From an uncultured Candidatus Saccharibacteria bacterium (GTDB taxonomy: Bacteria > Patescibacteriota > Minisyncoccia > Phycocordibacterales > UBA5272): 39,094 nt of DNA. Positions 31,000 through 38,380 of the stretch are shown one piece after another. Within the stretch, counting starts at the first letter, position 1. Each line of letters opens with the position of its first letter. The DNA is taken from assembly GCA_964654175.1 (NCBI GenBank), contig CAZZGJ010000002.1, positions 1-39,094 on the forward strand, given 5' to 3'. Under the pieces are notes generated by a model. That model ran no database searches. It saw only the letters and a list, made by a program, of their open reading frames with translations, and was not told the DNA's origin. The translations under genes and the position numbers were made by a program.

Positions 31000-31006
31000 T
31001 AGGTAT

Positions 31007-31876
31007 ATGAATGAAAACACTATGTATGGAACAGGCGCTGAACCATCAGTAATTGATGAGCGAGATTTTATTTACATCCCTGATAAAGCTAATAAAAAAG
31101 GTGGGGAACGTTACAAAGCACAAGATATTGAAGACCAACACAGAGTTGGAATCTGTACTGCTATTTCACTTACTCAAAATGCGAGAAAAGCAACTGGCGT
31201 AGCATTTTCTGCAGACTTTCAATACTTGATGCAAAAAAAGTTCTATGACAAGAACTGGAACGAAGGATCAAGCGATCGTAGCGCACTTCACACTGCCAAA
31301 ACTTACGGTTTTCTGCCTCAAAACGAGTGGACACACACTGATATGTCAGATCGTAAAGGTTCATACGCTAAATACGTTGCAAAACTCCAGAAGGTATCAG
31401 ACGCTGAAATAGAACGTCTAATTGCTATAGCAGCCAAATACAAGCTTCTAGCAGGCTATGCTAGCGTCCCTGTTGACCGTGATTTGATTGCTAATGCTAT
31501 TGATGAAAGTAAAGCAGGACTCATTACACGTTTTGTAGTTGGTCGTGAGTGGTATACAGCACCTGTAGAGCCACTCAGAAAGGCTGTCGCGCCAATTAGC
31601 GGTCATTTAATTACTATGTGTAACTATGGCGGTAACTCATACCGTGTAGCTAATACCTGGGGTAGTGATTGGGCTGATAGCGGTACTGCTTACAGTAGCT
31701 TTCTCACATACACTCCTACAGAAGCCTGGATCCCGTATTACAACGTGCTTCCAGCGCCAATTCAAGAGCAAAAGAAGAAGCTTACTGAGAAGCAAGAAAA
31801 GGAATTAAAGTCATTAATGGGAAAACTATTGACACTAAAGAAAAAAATTAGCGCAATACTAAATTTAACTAAATAA
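31007..31876 (+). CDS. papain-like (C1 family) cysteine peptidase, lysis-enzyme candidate
   Basis: DQHRVGICTAIS (Gln and Cys), SGHLITMCNY (His), ANTWGSDWADSGTAY (Asn/Trp). Amphipathic K-rich C-terminal helix. Track ORF 30974 (TTG start) trimmed to the ATG at 31007. Confidence 0.7.
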   Translation: MNENTMYGTGAEPSVIDERDFIYIPDKANKKGGERYKAQDIEDQHRVGICTAISLTQNARKATGVAFSADFQYLMQKKFYDKNWNEGSSDRSALHTAKTYGFLPQNEWTHTDMSDRKGSYAKYVAKLQKVSDAEIERLIAIAAKYKLLAGYASVPVDRDLIANAIDESKAGLITRFVVGREWYTAPVEPLRKAVAPISGHLITMCNYGGNSYRVANTWGSDWADSGTAYSSFLTYTPTEAWIPYYNVLPAPIQEQKKKLTEKQEKELKSLMGKLLTLKKKISAILNLTK

Positions 31877-31886
31877 TATCCACACC

Positions 31887-32096
31887 ATGAAAGCAGACTA
31901 TTCATTCAAAAAATCAGCAGGAAAAGGACTTCTGTTTATCCTCCAAGGCGCAGCAGCCGTTTTGGTCGTTACAGGCTTTGCTGAAATCAGCATTTGGGAT
32001 CTGATTGTTCAATACGTAAAACCAATTGTAGGAACTCTTACTATTGGTGGCGCAATTGCACTTGCTACGAACTACGTAAAGTACAACTGGAGCTAA
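31887..32096 (+). CDS. holin-like two-TM protein (69 aa)
   Basis: Two hydrophobic segments: GLLFILQGAAAVLVVTGFA and IVGTLTIGGAIALA. Adjacent to the peptidase gene. Confidence 0.5.
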   Translation: MKADYSFKKSAGKGLLFILQGAAAVLVVTGFAEISIWDLIVQYVKPIVGTLTIGGAIALATNYVKYNWS

Positions 32097-32399
32097 GATA
32101 AAATTAAAGAGTAGAACGAACACCATAAATGCAACCAGCATCCATTCTTAGTCGGTTTGGACAGTCTGTGAGAATTGACCGCATTCCTATAAAAACAAAC
32201 CATTTTACGCTTTATAACATTTACAATATTTTGTCTGACTCTCCCACTGATCGTCATAGCAGAACCTTCTAAAGAAGGAGACGTTTCTGTATATCCTGAA
32301 ATAGTCGAGACAGTAGAACCAAAAGTAGCGACCAGTTCAAAACCGCTTGTTTCTGAACACGTTGAAGCAACAGGTTCACCAGATGAACTACCCTATTAT

Positions 32400-32654
32400 G
32401 TGCGTTCAAACTGTTATGCGTATGTAAAATACACGTATCCTGAGACACCAGACACTGCTACCATTCTTGCTAACTTATCTGATAGTGGTGAGATTGCCGT
32501 TTTTTATTATCCTGAAAGTGGTCTGTACCACTATGCAGTAGTGGAAAGCCTGGAACCGTTTATTGTTTCTGATACCAACTACGGCTCAGATACAAAAAAG
32601 ACCCGTCAAGAGACAGGTCTTCACCTCATTGGTTTTTACGATCTGGACAGATAA
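32400..32654 (+). CDS. Cys/His cell-wall amidase/peptidase-like domain (CHAP or NlpC/P60 type)
   Basis: SNCYAYVKYTY (Cys) ... HYAVVES (His). The GTG at 32400 is the only canonical start, but the frame is open from 32193 and encodes a signal-peptide-like ILRFITFTIFCLTLPLIVIAEPS. Confidence 0.5.
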   Translation: MRSNCYAYVKYTYPETPDTATILANLSDSGEIAVFYYPESGLYHYAVVESLEPFIVSDTNYGSDTKKTRQETGLHLIGFYDLDR

Positions 32655-32977
32655 GCGAGAGCTTTTTTGGCATACGCACCAGAGTCATATTCGACTCCAT
32701 GCTTATTTGTGCCTTTCACCTCAACTGGCCGTCCTGAGTTCCACATGAGGAAGATCTCTTTCTCTGTGTATCCCTGCACTAACCATTTTTGTACCATCAT
32801 GGTAGCGATGTACATTTCGTTGGTCTTGCTAATGGGAGCTACGTAGCCAATAGTCTCTTTGGACCACATTGCATACGTAGCAGGAAGGAACTGGAGACAG
32901 CTCTTTAGTTCACCACTGCCACCTTGCAAGTGACAAACAAACTCACCATTGGTTTCTGCTCCCCATATAGCCTGCAC
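32636..32977 (-). CDS. lytic transglycosylase (SLT-like) domain protein
   Basis: AETNG...LQFLPATYAMW...MWNSGRP...GTNKHGVEYDSGAYAKKALAY is paralogous to the N-terminus of 24120..26990. GTG start; the catalytic Glu is only 8 residues in. Confidence 0.7.
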   Translation of the reverse strand: MQAIWGAETNGEFVCHLQGGSGELKSCLQFLPATYAMWSKETIGYVAPISKTNEMYIATMMVQKWLVQGYTEKEIFLMWNSGRPVEVKGTNKHGVEYDSGAYAKKALAYLSRS

Positions 32978-33270
32978 TATTCTACTGGCGTGGGAGCTTG
33001 CGAAAAAGACAGGCGAACTTGTCTAATTTCTTCTAATCGAGCTTCACTTTTCTTGATGTCTTCTTTAATAGTTGTTTCCTCAGCATCGAGGATCTTCTTT
33101 GCTTCATCCAATTGCTTTTGGGCTTCTGATACGTTGTCAGTCGGCTGTACTTCTACAACGTCTGGTGTGGGTTGTGACACGTACTCAGTAGTAGAGCTAA
33201 TAGTAGAGAGGTAATAGATACCTGCTACGGCTATCACTATAGCAATGATTGTATAGAATGTTTTATTCAT
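32977..33270 (-). CDS. N-terminal membrane anchor plus coiled-coil protein (97 aa)
   Basis: FYTIIAIVIAVAGIYYL TM segment, then a charged helix. Its TAG overlaps the GTG of the SLT ORF by 1 nt. Confidence 0.65.
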   Translation of the reverse strand: MNKTFYTIIAIVIAVAGIYYLSTISSTTEYVSQPTPDVVEVQPTDNVSEAQKQLDEAKKILDAEETTIKEDIKKSEARLEEIRQVRLSFSQAPTPVE

Positions 33271-33321
33271 GGTTTTATTGGCTTAATTAACAAAAGGAGA
33301 AGTCGCCCTCTCCTACCTATA

Positions 33322-33349
33322 AGTATATACCACATAGTATATATTGCAA
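33322..33349 (-). promoter_or_regulatory. minus-strand sigma70-type promoter with a palindrome in the spacer
   Basis: On the minus strand: TTGCAA-16 nt-TATACT. The spacer carries TATACC-acat-AGTATA (33326..33341 in + coordinates). Confidence 0.5.
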
Positions 33350-33374
33350 TCCCCACCTGTGTATAACTCTGTAG

Positions 33375-33407
33375 TTGACTATATACCGATAGGTATGTTA
33401 GTATAAG
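33375..33407 (+). promoter_or_regulatory. promoter/operator copy (displaced -10)
   Basis: GTAGTTGACT, then TATACC-gata-GGTAT (33382..33396). The -10 candidates are TAGTAT and TATAAG. Confidence 0.45.
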
Positions 33408-33432
33408 TACATTATCAGCAATAACGACAGCT

Positions 33433-33588
33433 ATGAAAAAACTTAATTGTAAGCGATGTCTACATGAATGGTATCCACGATCACCAAACAAACCGCAGGT
33501 GTGTCCGAATCCAAAATGTAAGAGTCCTTACTGGGATAAGCCAAGACAAAATGAACAAACAAAAACAGCCTCCCGTAAAGCGAAATAA
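33433..33588 (+). CDS. Zn-ribbon miniprotein (51 aa)
   Basis: Below the track cutoff. MKKLNCKRCLHEWYPRSPNKPQVCPNPKCKSPYW has two CxxC-type pairs. Confidence 0.55.
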   Translation: MKKLNCKRCLHEWYPRSPNKPQVCPNPKCKSPYWDKPRQNEQTKTASRKAK

Positions 33589-33703
33589 GTTTGAAATGGC
33601 AGCGCATGATCTTGAAGTCACGTTTAAAAAACGAAACTCAGGACCAACTCATCCGCACACCATAGATACTTACGCTAATGCGTTCAAGAGGAAAATTATA
33701 TAA
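33551..33703 (+). CDS. hypothetical protein (50 aa)
   Basis: Track ORF 33464..33703 trimmed to MNKQKQPP... It overlaps the Zn-ribbon ORF by 38 nt in another frame. Confidence 0.35.
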   Translation: MNKQKQPPVKRNKFEMAAHDLEVTFKKRNSGPTHPHTIDTYANAFKRKII

Positions 33704-33728
33704 ACATTAATAGCGATAACAAAACATT

Positions 33729-34685
33729 ATGAAGAAAGTATTTACAATCGTAGACGAAAAGCGAGGACTGATGCAGGTAACGACTGATGACGAACGTTTC
33801 TACATTAAAGAAAGCAAAGACCCTGAGACTGGATTACCGTGTCACATCTACTTACCATCAGCCACCTGGATCACGAAGTACGTTCCAAAAGGCTACGGCT
33901 TTGAGAAATGGCTCGGAGACAAGGGATGGGATGTAGCACAAGAGATCAAGATGGATCGTGGCAAGTACGGTACACGAGTTCACGCTGCCATTGATATGCT
34001 CGTGAATGGTGAAGATGTAGAGATCAGTGGACTGTTCAAAGATCCGTACGGAGAACGTGCTGAAATGGAACCTCTCACTTTTGAGGAATACCATGCTGTC
34101 TGGACATTCCAGGAGTGGTGGAAGGAATATACACAGGAGCATGAAGTAGAAGTGATTGAGACTGAGTTTTCACTCTGGTCACACAAGCTAGGCTTTGCAG
34201 GTACTGTGGACCTTTTGGCTAAAGTTGATGGTGTCTACACCATCTTTGACTGGAAAACCTCTAAGAGCGTCTATTTGGGACACAAGGCGCAGATCTCAGC
34301 CTACCGTAAGGAAATGTTGGCTCAACTCAAAACTGAGGAAATAAACATGGCAATTCTGCAGATCGGTTACGACAAGAACAAGAAAGGATTTAAGCTTACT
34401 GAAATTGAGGACTGTTGGATCGAGTTTGAAGCTGCTCACACTTTCTGGAGAAAGGAAAATGATGGATCAAAGCCATTCCAAAAAGACTACCCATTGAAGC
34501 TTTCTCTCATCGGGACAGGTGTAAAGAAGAACATGAGCAAGCAAACAAAGATGGAGAAGCAAGAAGAAGCACCAAAGAAGAAGGTCGCAAGGAAGGTTAT
34601 TAACACTAATGAAATTGAACATGAAAATCAGCAAGGAACTGATGGAGACAGCAGGGATCAAGCCGAAGTTGAAGCTGGGAGTTAA
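33729..34685 (+). CDS. PD-(D/E)XK (RecB/Cas4-like) exonuclease
   Basis: GTRVHAAID...GFAGTVDLLAKVDGVYTIFDWKTSKSVYLGHKAQISAYRKE matches the D...D/ExK...QxxxY motif series. Confidence 0.75.
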   Translation: MKKVFTIVDEKRGLMQVTTDDERFYIKESKDPETGLPCHIYLPSATWITKYVPKGYGFEKWLGDKGWDVAQEIKMDRGKYGTRVHAAIDMLVNGEDVEISGLFKDPYGERAEMEPLTFEEYHAVWTFQEWWKEYTQEHEVEVIETEFSLWSHKLGFAGTVDLLAKVDGVYTIFDWKTSKSVYLGHKAQISAYRKEMLAQLKTEEINMAILQIGYDKNKKGFKLTEIEDCWIEFEAAHTFWRKENDGSKPFQKDYPLKLSLIGTGVKKNMSKQTKMEKQEEAPKKKVARKVINTNEIEHENQQGTDGDSRDQAEVEAGS

Positions 34686-35076
34686 AACAGATCGTGGTGT
34701 CCAGTCCACAGGACCGCACACCGTGACAATGATCAGCGATAAGATTGTAAATGGTCTTGATCGTGAGTCTGGAAAAGTAATTCAATACGTGAAATACGTA
34801 GTTGAAGAAGACGGGATCCAAAAGGAATACCGCACTCGCTTGAAGCACAAAGAAACTGGTGAACTCCAGTACCTAGTGCAAAACCTCTCTCAGATTGAGG
34901 AAGGTCAAGAAGTGATCCTGGAAATGAAAAAGATGGGACCAAAAAACTACGTGGAAGTTCGTCATGTTGACGGCTCCAAGATAACTGACGAAGAACAAGA
35001 CGATGTAGATCCAACAGAGGAAGATATACCTGACGATGAAGTAGACGCAGCAATGGAAAGTATTAATGTAGACTAA
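34609..35076 (+). CDS. SSB-like protein candidate with acidic C-terminal tail
   Basis: Beta-rich core, then DEEQDDVDPTEEDIPDDEVD. Adjacent to the exonuclease. The start is ambiguous (34609, 34621, 34642 or 34729); the first three overlap the previous gene. Confidence 0.4.
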   Translation: MKLNMKISKELMETAGIKPKLKLGVKTDRGVQSTGPHTVTMISDKIVNGLDRESGKVIQYVKYVVEEDGIQKEYRTRLKHKETGELQYLVQNLSQIEEGQEVILEMKKMGPKNYVEVRHVDGSKITDEEQDDVDPTEEDIPDDEVDAAMESINVD

Positions 35077-35077
35077 T

Positions 35078-35269
35078 ATGCCAACACTACTCGCAATCGT
35101 CCTTGTCGTTGTTGTATTTGCAAACATTGGCCGTGTTCCTGAAACTGTATGGGCTAGTATTGGAGTAGTGGTTGTCATAGCTGCTCTAGGCGTAGCTCTC
35201 TGGTATGTCCTGTGGCGTATCCTCAATGCTGTAATTATGTTTATTGTATTGAAATCTAAAAAATGGTAG
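35078..35269 (+). CDS. small membrane protein (63 aa)
   Basis: Two hydrophobic segments: LLAIVLVVVVFANIG and IGVVVVIAALGVALWYVLW. Confidence 0.6.
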   Translation: MPTLLAIVLVVVVFANIGRVPETVWASIGVVVVIAALGVALWYVLWRILNAVIMFIVLKSKKW

Positions 35270-35317
35270 AGTAATCACGTTATCGCAAATGAGAGTTTGT
35301 ATATAATGTTTTCGCCG

Positions 35318-35354
35318 AAATCCACTTCTAAACAAGGTGGATTTTTGCGTTTTT
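35318..35354 (+). terminator. rho-independent terminator
   Basis: AAATCCAC-11 nt loop-GTGGATTT, followed by TTGCGTTTTT. Confidence 0.65.
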
Positions 35355-35447
35355 GGTATACTGGTAGGTATGACCAAAACAATTAATCGAGTTAGTACCT
35401 CAAACATGACAGCGTAGTAACGGCGCTAATGCCGTTGCACGCTAGTT

Positions 35448-35630
35448 ATGCAACACAAGGGAGGAAAACGTGGTCGTAAGACCCTCAGATCAATCAAAAG
35501 AGACCGATACAATAAATCATTTGAAAGACGGTACGGTATGAGTCGTAAAGTATGGGTAGAGTGGAAGCGAGAACATCCACAAGAAGTCCACGCTAAAAGA
35601 TGCGAAGCGTACGCTCGTCTGGTAAAATAA
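35448..35630 (+). CDS. small basic protein (60 aa)
   Basis: MQHKGGKRGRKTLRSIKRDRYNKSFERRYG... is K/R-rich, so it is a possible nucleic-acid binder. Confidence 0.6.
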   Translation: MQHKGGKRGRKTLRSIKRDRYNKSFERRYGMSRKVWVEWKREHPQEVHAKRCEAYARLVK

Positions 35631-35670
35631 GAGAACTACCGAAAGGTAGTAGCTCTACGTTGTACGATAG

Positions 35671-35700
35671 AGTCCTCTGTTAATTCAGGGGATTTTATTG
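35671..35700 (+). terminator. terminator-like hairpin
   Basis: AGUCCUCUG-uuaauu-CAGGGGAUU (with G-U pairs) running into a U-rich tract (AUUUUAUUG). Confidence 0.45.
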
Positions 35701-35774
35701 TTATACACAGAATATCCACACTATCCCCATGTGAACAAAAAGTGAAGAAGCTGATAAGATGTTAGTATCCGTTC

Positions 35775-35830
35775 AACACAAAAGCCTGACTCTCTTTGAA
35801 CGGAGGAGCAGGCTTTTGTGTTTTAATTTT
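35775..35830 (+). terminator. strong hairpin plus T-tract
   Basis: AACACAAAAGCCTG...CAGGCTTTTGTGTT forms a 14-bp stem, followed by TTAATTTT. Lies 14 nt upstream of the replication-organiser-like gene. Confidence 0.6.
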
Positions 35831-35843
35831 AAAAACATTATTT

Positions 35844-36545
35844 ATGAGTAAAAATACATTCTTTAACACACGCTTTTGGCAGGACAGCTACATAGCTGAT
35901 CTTGATCCAAGCGAAAAACTATTATTCAACTACTGTCTTACGAGTCCCTTTCTCTCTATGAGTGGGATTTATGAAGTTCCTTTAAAATATATCGCCATAG
36001 AAACAGGAATTGACAAGGACATGGTTTCCAAAATATTGGCACGTTTTGAACAGGACAACAAAATCGTCTACTACGATGGCTGGTTGTGTATTTTGAAGTA
36101 TCCAAAATACCAAAGTTATAACTTACCAAACGTAAAAAAGGGTTTAGATAGCGAGTTAAAATCTATACCTGCTGAAATAATGGACCACTTCATTAATAGT
36201 GGATATGCTATGGAAGATATTACCAAGACATTGGCAAGGGATTGGCAAGGGATTGACACCATGGTTATGGATAAGGAACAAGGAAAAGATAATGGTAATG
36301 GAAAAGAAAAATATGGAGAGAGTGGTGCAGTCCTCATGACACCAGAAGAATACCTGACCTTAGTGGAACTGATCGGAGAACCGATGACAAAATCGCTGAT
36401 TGAGGAACTCGATGATTACATGGGCGCATCAGGAAAAAAATACAAATCTCACTACAAAGCTTTACGCAACTGGGCAAGACGCAAAATCCAAGACCACGCA
36501 AAAACAGTCAAAAATAACAACACTACTAAGCGAATCATCATATGA
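35844..36545 (+). CDS. replisome-organiser / replication-initiator-like protein (233 aa)
   Basis: The N-terminus FFNTRFWQDSYIADLDPSEKLLFNYCLTSPFLSMSGIYEVPLKYIAIETGIDKDMVSKIL has a winged-helix replication-protein-like layout. Track ORF 35796 (TTG inside the hairpin) trimmed to the ATG at 35844. Confidence 0.55.
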   Translation: MSKNTFFNTRFWQDSYIADLDPSEKLLFNYCLTSPFLSMSGIYEVPLKYIAIETGIDKDMVSKILARFEQDNKIVYYDGWLCILKYPKYQSYNLPNVKKGLDSELKSIPAEIMDHFINSGYAMEDITKTLARDWQGIDTMVMDKEQGKDNGNGKEKYGESGAVLMTPEEYLTLVELIGEPMTKSLIEELDDYMGASGKKYKSHYKALRNWARRKIQDHAKTVKNNNTTKRIII

Positions 36546-36922
36546 AAACCTACTATTTCAAAGTAAAACATGGCTTCAAAGCAAGCGACTTTGTAGTCGT
36601 GAAAGACGGACCAGAGTTGGAAAAAGCTCTCTATGCTTGGATGACAGGCAACATTGCTTCAGTGGGGGGTAAGATGATTAACGGAAATAACATTGTCTCC
36701 ATTGAACCTGATTACCACAGCTACACTGGCTGGTATCGCTCGTATGAGCCAACCACAGGAGATGACTGGAAACAGATTGAACGTGACGTTCCTACTGAGA
36801 TTAACCACGTTTTGCCAGAGTACCGAAATCGAGTTCAACAACTTTTAGCATCAGGACAAGAACAGCAGATCGGACGGGGTGAGCCGATTAAGATACTAGA
36901 AGCACCAAAGACCAGTGAATAA
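36542..36922 (+). CDS. hypothetical protein (126 aa)
   Basis: ATGA overlap with the previous gene. Confidence 0.65.
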   Translation: MKTYYFKVKHGFKASDFVVVKDGPELEKALYAWMTGNIASVGGKMINGNNIVSIEPDYHSYTGWYRSYEPTTGDDWKQIERDVPTEINHVLPEYRNRVQQLLASGQEQQIGRGEPIKILEAPKTSE

Positions 36923-36927
36923 CTCAT

Positions 36928-36955
36928 TTGCAGTATATACCGAACAGTATATAAT
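36928..36955 (+). promoter_or_regulatory. sigma70-type promoter with a palindrome in the spacer
   Basis: TTGCAG-16 nt-TATAAT, with TATACC-gaac-AGTATA at 36936..36951. Confidence 0.55.
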
Positions 36956-36986
36956 ATAAGAAGGTCGATCAGTTAATAAAAACATT

Positions 36987-37562
36987 ATGAAAGAGATAAC
37001 AGCGAGAGCTAACGAAACCAGAAACGGTTTCACATTTCCGAGCGAGTATTCAAAAGCTCTACTCCTGGAGTGGATGAAGAAATACTCAAAGTTCAAAATC
37101 ATTCCCATAGACACTGAAACAGTCAAAGGGAGGCGCTACCTGGAAGGCGCAATCATTCCAGAATATTGTTCCTTCCAGTACGACATTAATCCATGCGAAC
37201 TGACAAAGGATGAAGCAAGGCGATGGCTCTTTAAGAGAGACTTCAACTACGACATCATCCAAGATCGTGAAGGCAATCCTGTACGCATTCCTGAGTCATC
37301 AAAAGGCAAAGCCAATGACTTGATTCAGAAGTGGACAGAGTGGGCAACAGAAAACGGCTGCAAGATTCCAAATCCAGAGTTATACAAACTTTGGCGTGAT
37401 AAATGGAAAATCGATGGTCGCTTTCCAACATTTCACGAGTTCCTGAAATTCTTGAAACTTGACTGTGACGCAATGCCCACAGCGCAAACACTTGCAGTGT
37501 TGGAAGTGAAGAAGGAGAAGAAAGTAGATTATCCAATTTATCCAGGCGCACCAACAATTTAG
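36987..37562 (+). CDS. hypothetical protein (191 aa)
   Basis: Track ORF and first gene after the promoter at 36928. Confidence 0.65.
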   Translation: MKEITARANETRNGFTFPSEYSKALLLEWMKKYSKFKIIPIDTETVKGRRYLEGAIIPEYCSFQYDINPCELTKDEARRWLFKRDFNYDIIQDREGNPVRIPESSKGKANDLIQKWTEWATENGCKIPNPELYKLWRDKWKIDGRFPTFHEFLKFLKLDCDAMPTAQTLAVLEVKKEKKVDYPIYPGAPTI

Positions 37563-37563
37563 T

Positions 37564-37872
37564 ATGGGAATTATTACAAACGGAAAAGTACACATCTTAG
37601 GCAACTTTGCTGAGTATGCCGATAAAAAACCAGATAGTTTTGAAGAAGACTATAAAATGATGGTTCGCTACGATGAAGCCCTAAAAGGTATTGAACGTCC
37701 GACTCTAGGCAAGGTGGTATGCGACTGTGTAATGGTTAAGGAGCATTACATGCCGTACTACGGCTGGGATTGGTATCACAGTGATGAGTGCGCAGTTATG
37801 AAACACTACAACAAGTACCCACAAATGGCAAACTTTGGAGTTGATCCCACTTGTATAGCTTCAACAGGATAG
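37564..37872 (+). CDS. hypothetical protein (102 aa)
   Basis: Track ORF starting 1 nt after the previous stop. Confidence 0.65.
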   Translation: MGIITNGKVHILGNFAEYADKKPDSFEEDYKMMVRYDEALKGIERPTLGKVVCDCVMVKEHYMPYYGWDWYHSDECAVMKHYNKYPQMANFGVDPTCIASTG

Positions 37873-37873
37873 T

Positions 37874-38380
37874 ATGCTACGTAAAACACCCATGTCACGA
37901 GGGACCAGCCAGCTCAGGCGCTCAGGATTCAAGCAAAAGGAGACTGTGCCACTCCAGCGCACAAAACTAGCTAAGAAGGGCAAATCTGACGTTGCACTAT
38001 GCAAAGACCGCATTCAAGCACTCTTGCGCAAGCTGGTAATCGAACGGGACGGAGGCTGTGTCTTACGACACTATCCAGAAGCTGGAGAATGTGGAGGATA
38101 CCGCAATGATGGAGAGCTGGTACTGCAAGCAGAACACCTCATAACACGCTCCAACTCCATTTCTTACGGAGATCCACGAAATATCGTTTGTCTCTGTAAA
38201 CACCATCACGGACACTGGAAGCCACAGCACTCACGGCAGTATTGGGTAATCATCCATCAGCATGTCGGACCAGAAACATCAGCATGGCTGGATCGAGTCG
38301 AAGCAGACAAACGCACTTATCGGTACACGCTCTACGATTGGGAAAAAGTGGAGTATGAATTAAGACAACAATTATCATGA
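37874..38380 (+). CDS. NinG/HNH-like nuclease-domain protein (168 aa)
   Basis: LVIERDGGCVLR...CGG...QAEHLITRS...DPRNIVCLCKHHH resembles the NinG (Rap)-type Cys/His layout. Confidence 0.5.
   Translation: MLRKTPMSRGTSQLRRSGFKQKETVPLQRTKLAKKGKSDVALCKDRIQALLRKLVIERDGGCVLRHYPEAGECGGYRNDGELVLQAEHLITRSNSISYGDPRNIVCLCKHHHGHWKPQHSRQYWVIIHQHVGPETSAWLDRVEADKRTYRYTLYDWEKVEYELRQQLS

Noticed and set aside
32129-32272. 47-aa ORF (MQPASILSRFGQSVRIDRIPIK...) upstream of the amidase-like gene.
   Set aside because: The sequence is feature-poor and overlaps the signal-peptide-like extension of the amidase frame. It is more likely a by-product of the frame problem described in the findings than a real gene.
35290-35306. 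TATAAT at 35302..35307 followed by the terminator at 35318..35354, considered as a tiny sRNA unit.
   Set aside because: The predicted transcript would be only ~45 nt and consist mostly of the terminator itself. The hairpin is more simply the terminator of the 33.4-35.3 kb operon, and the TATAAT is probably an AT-rich coincidence.
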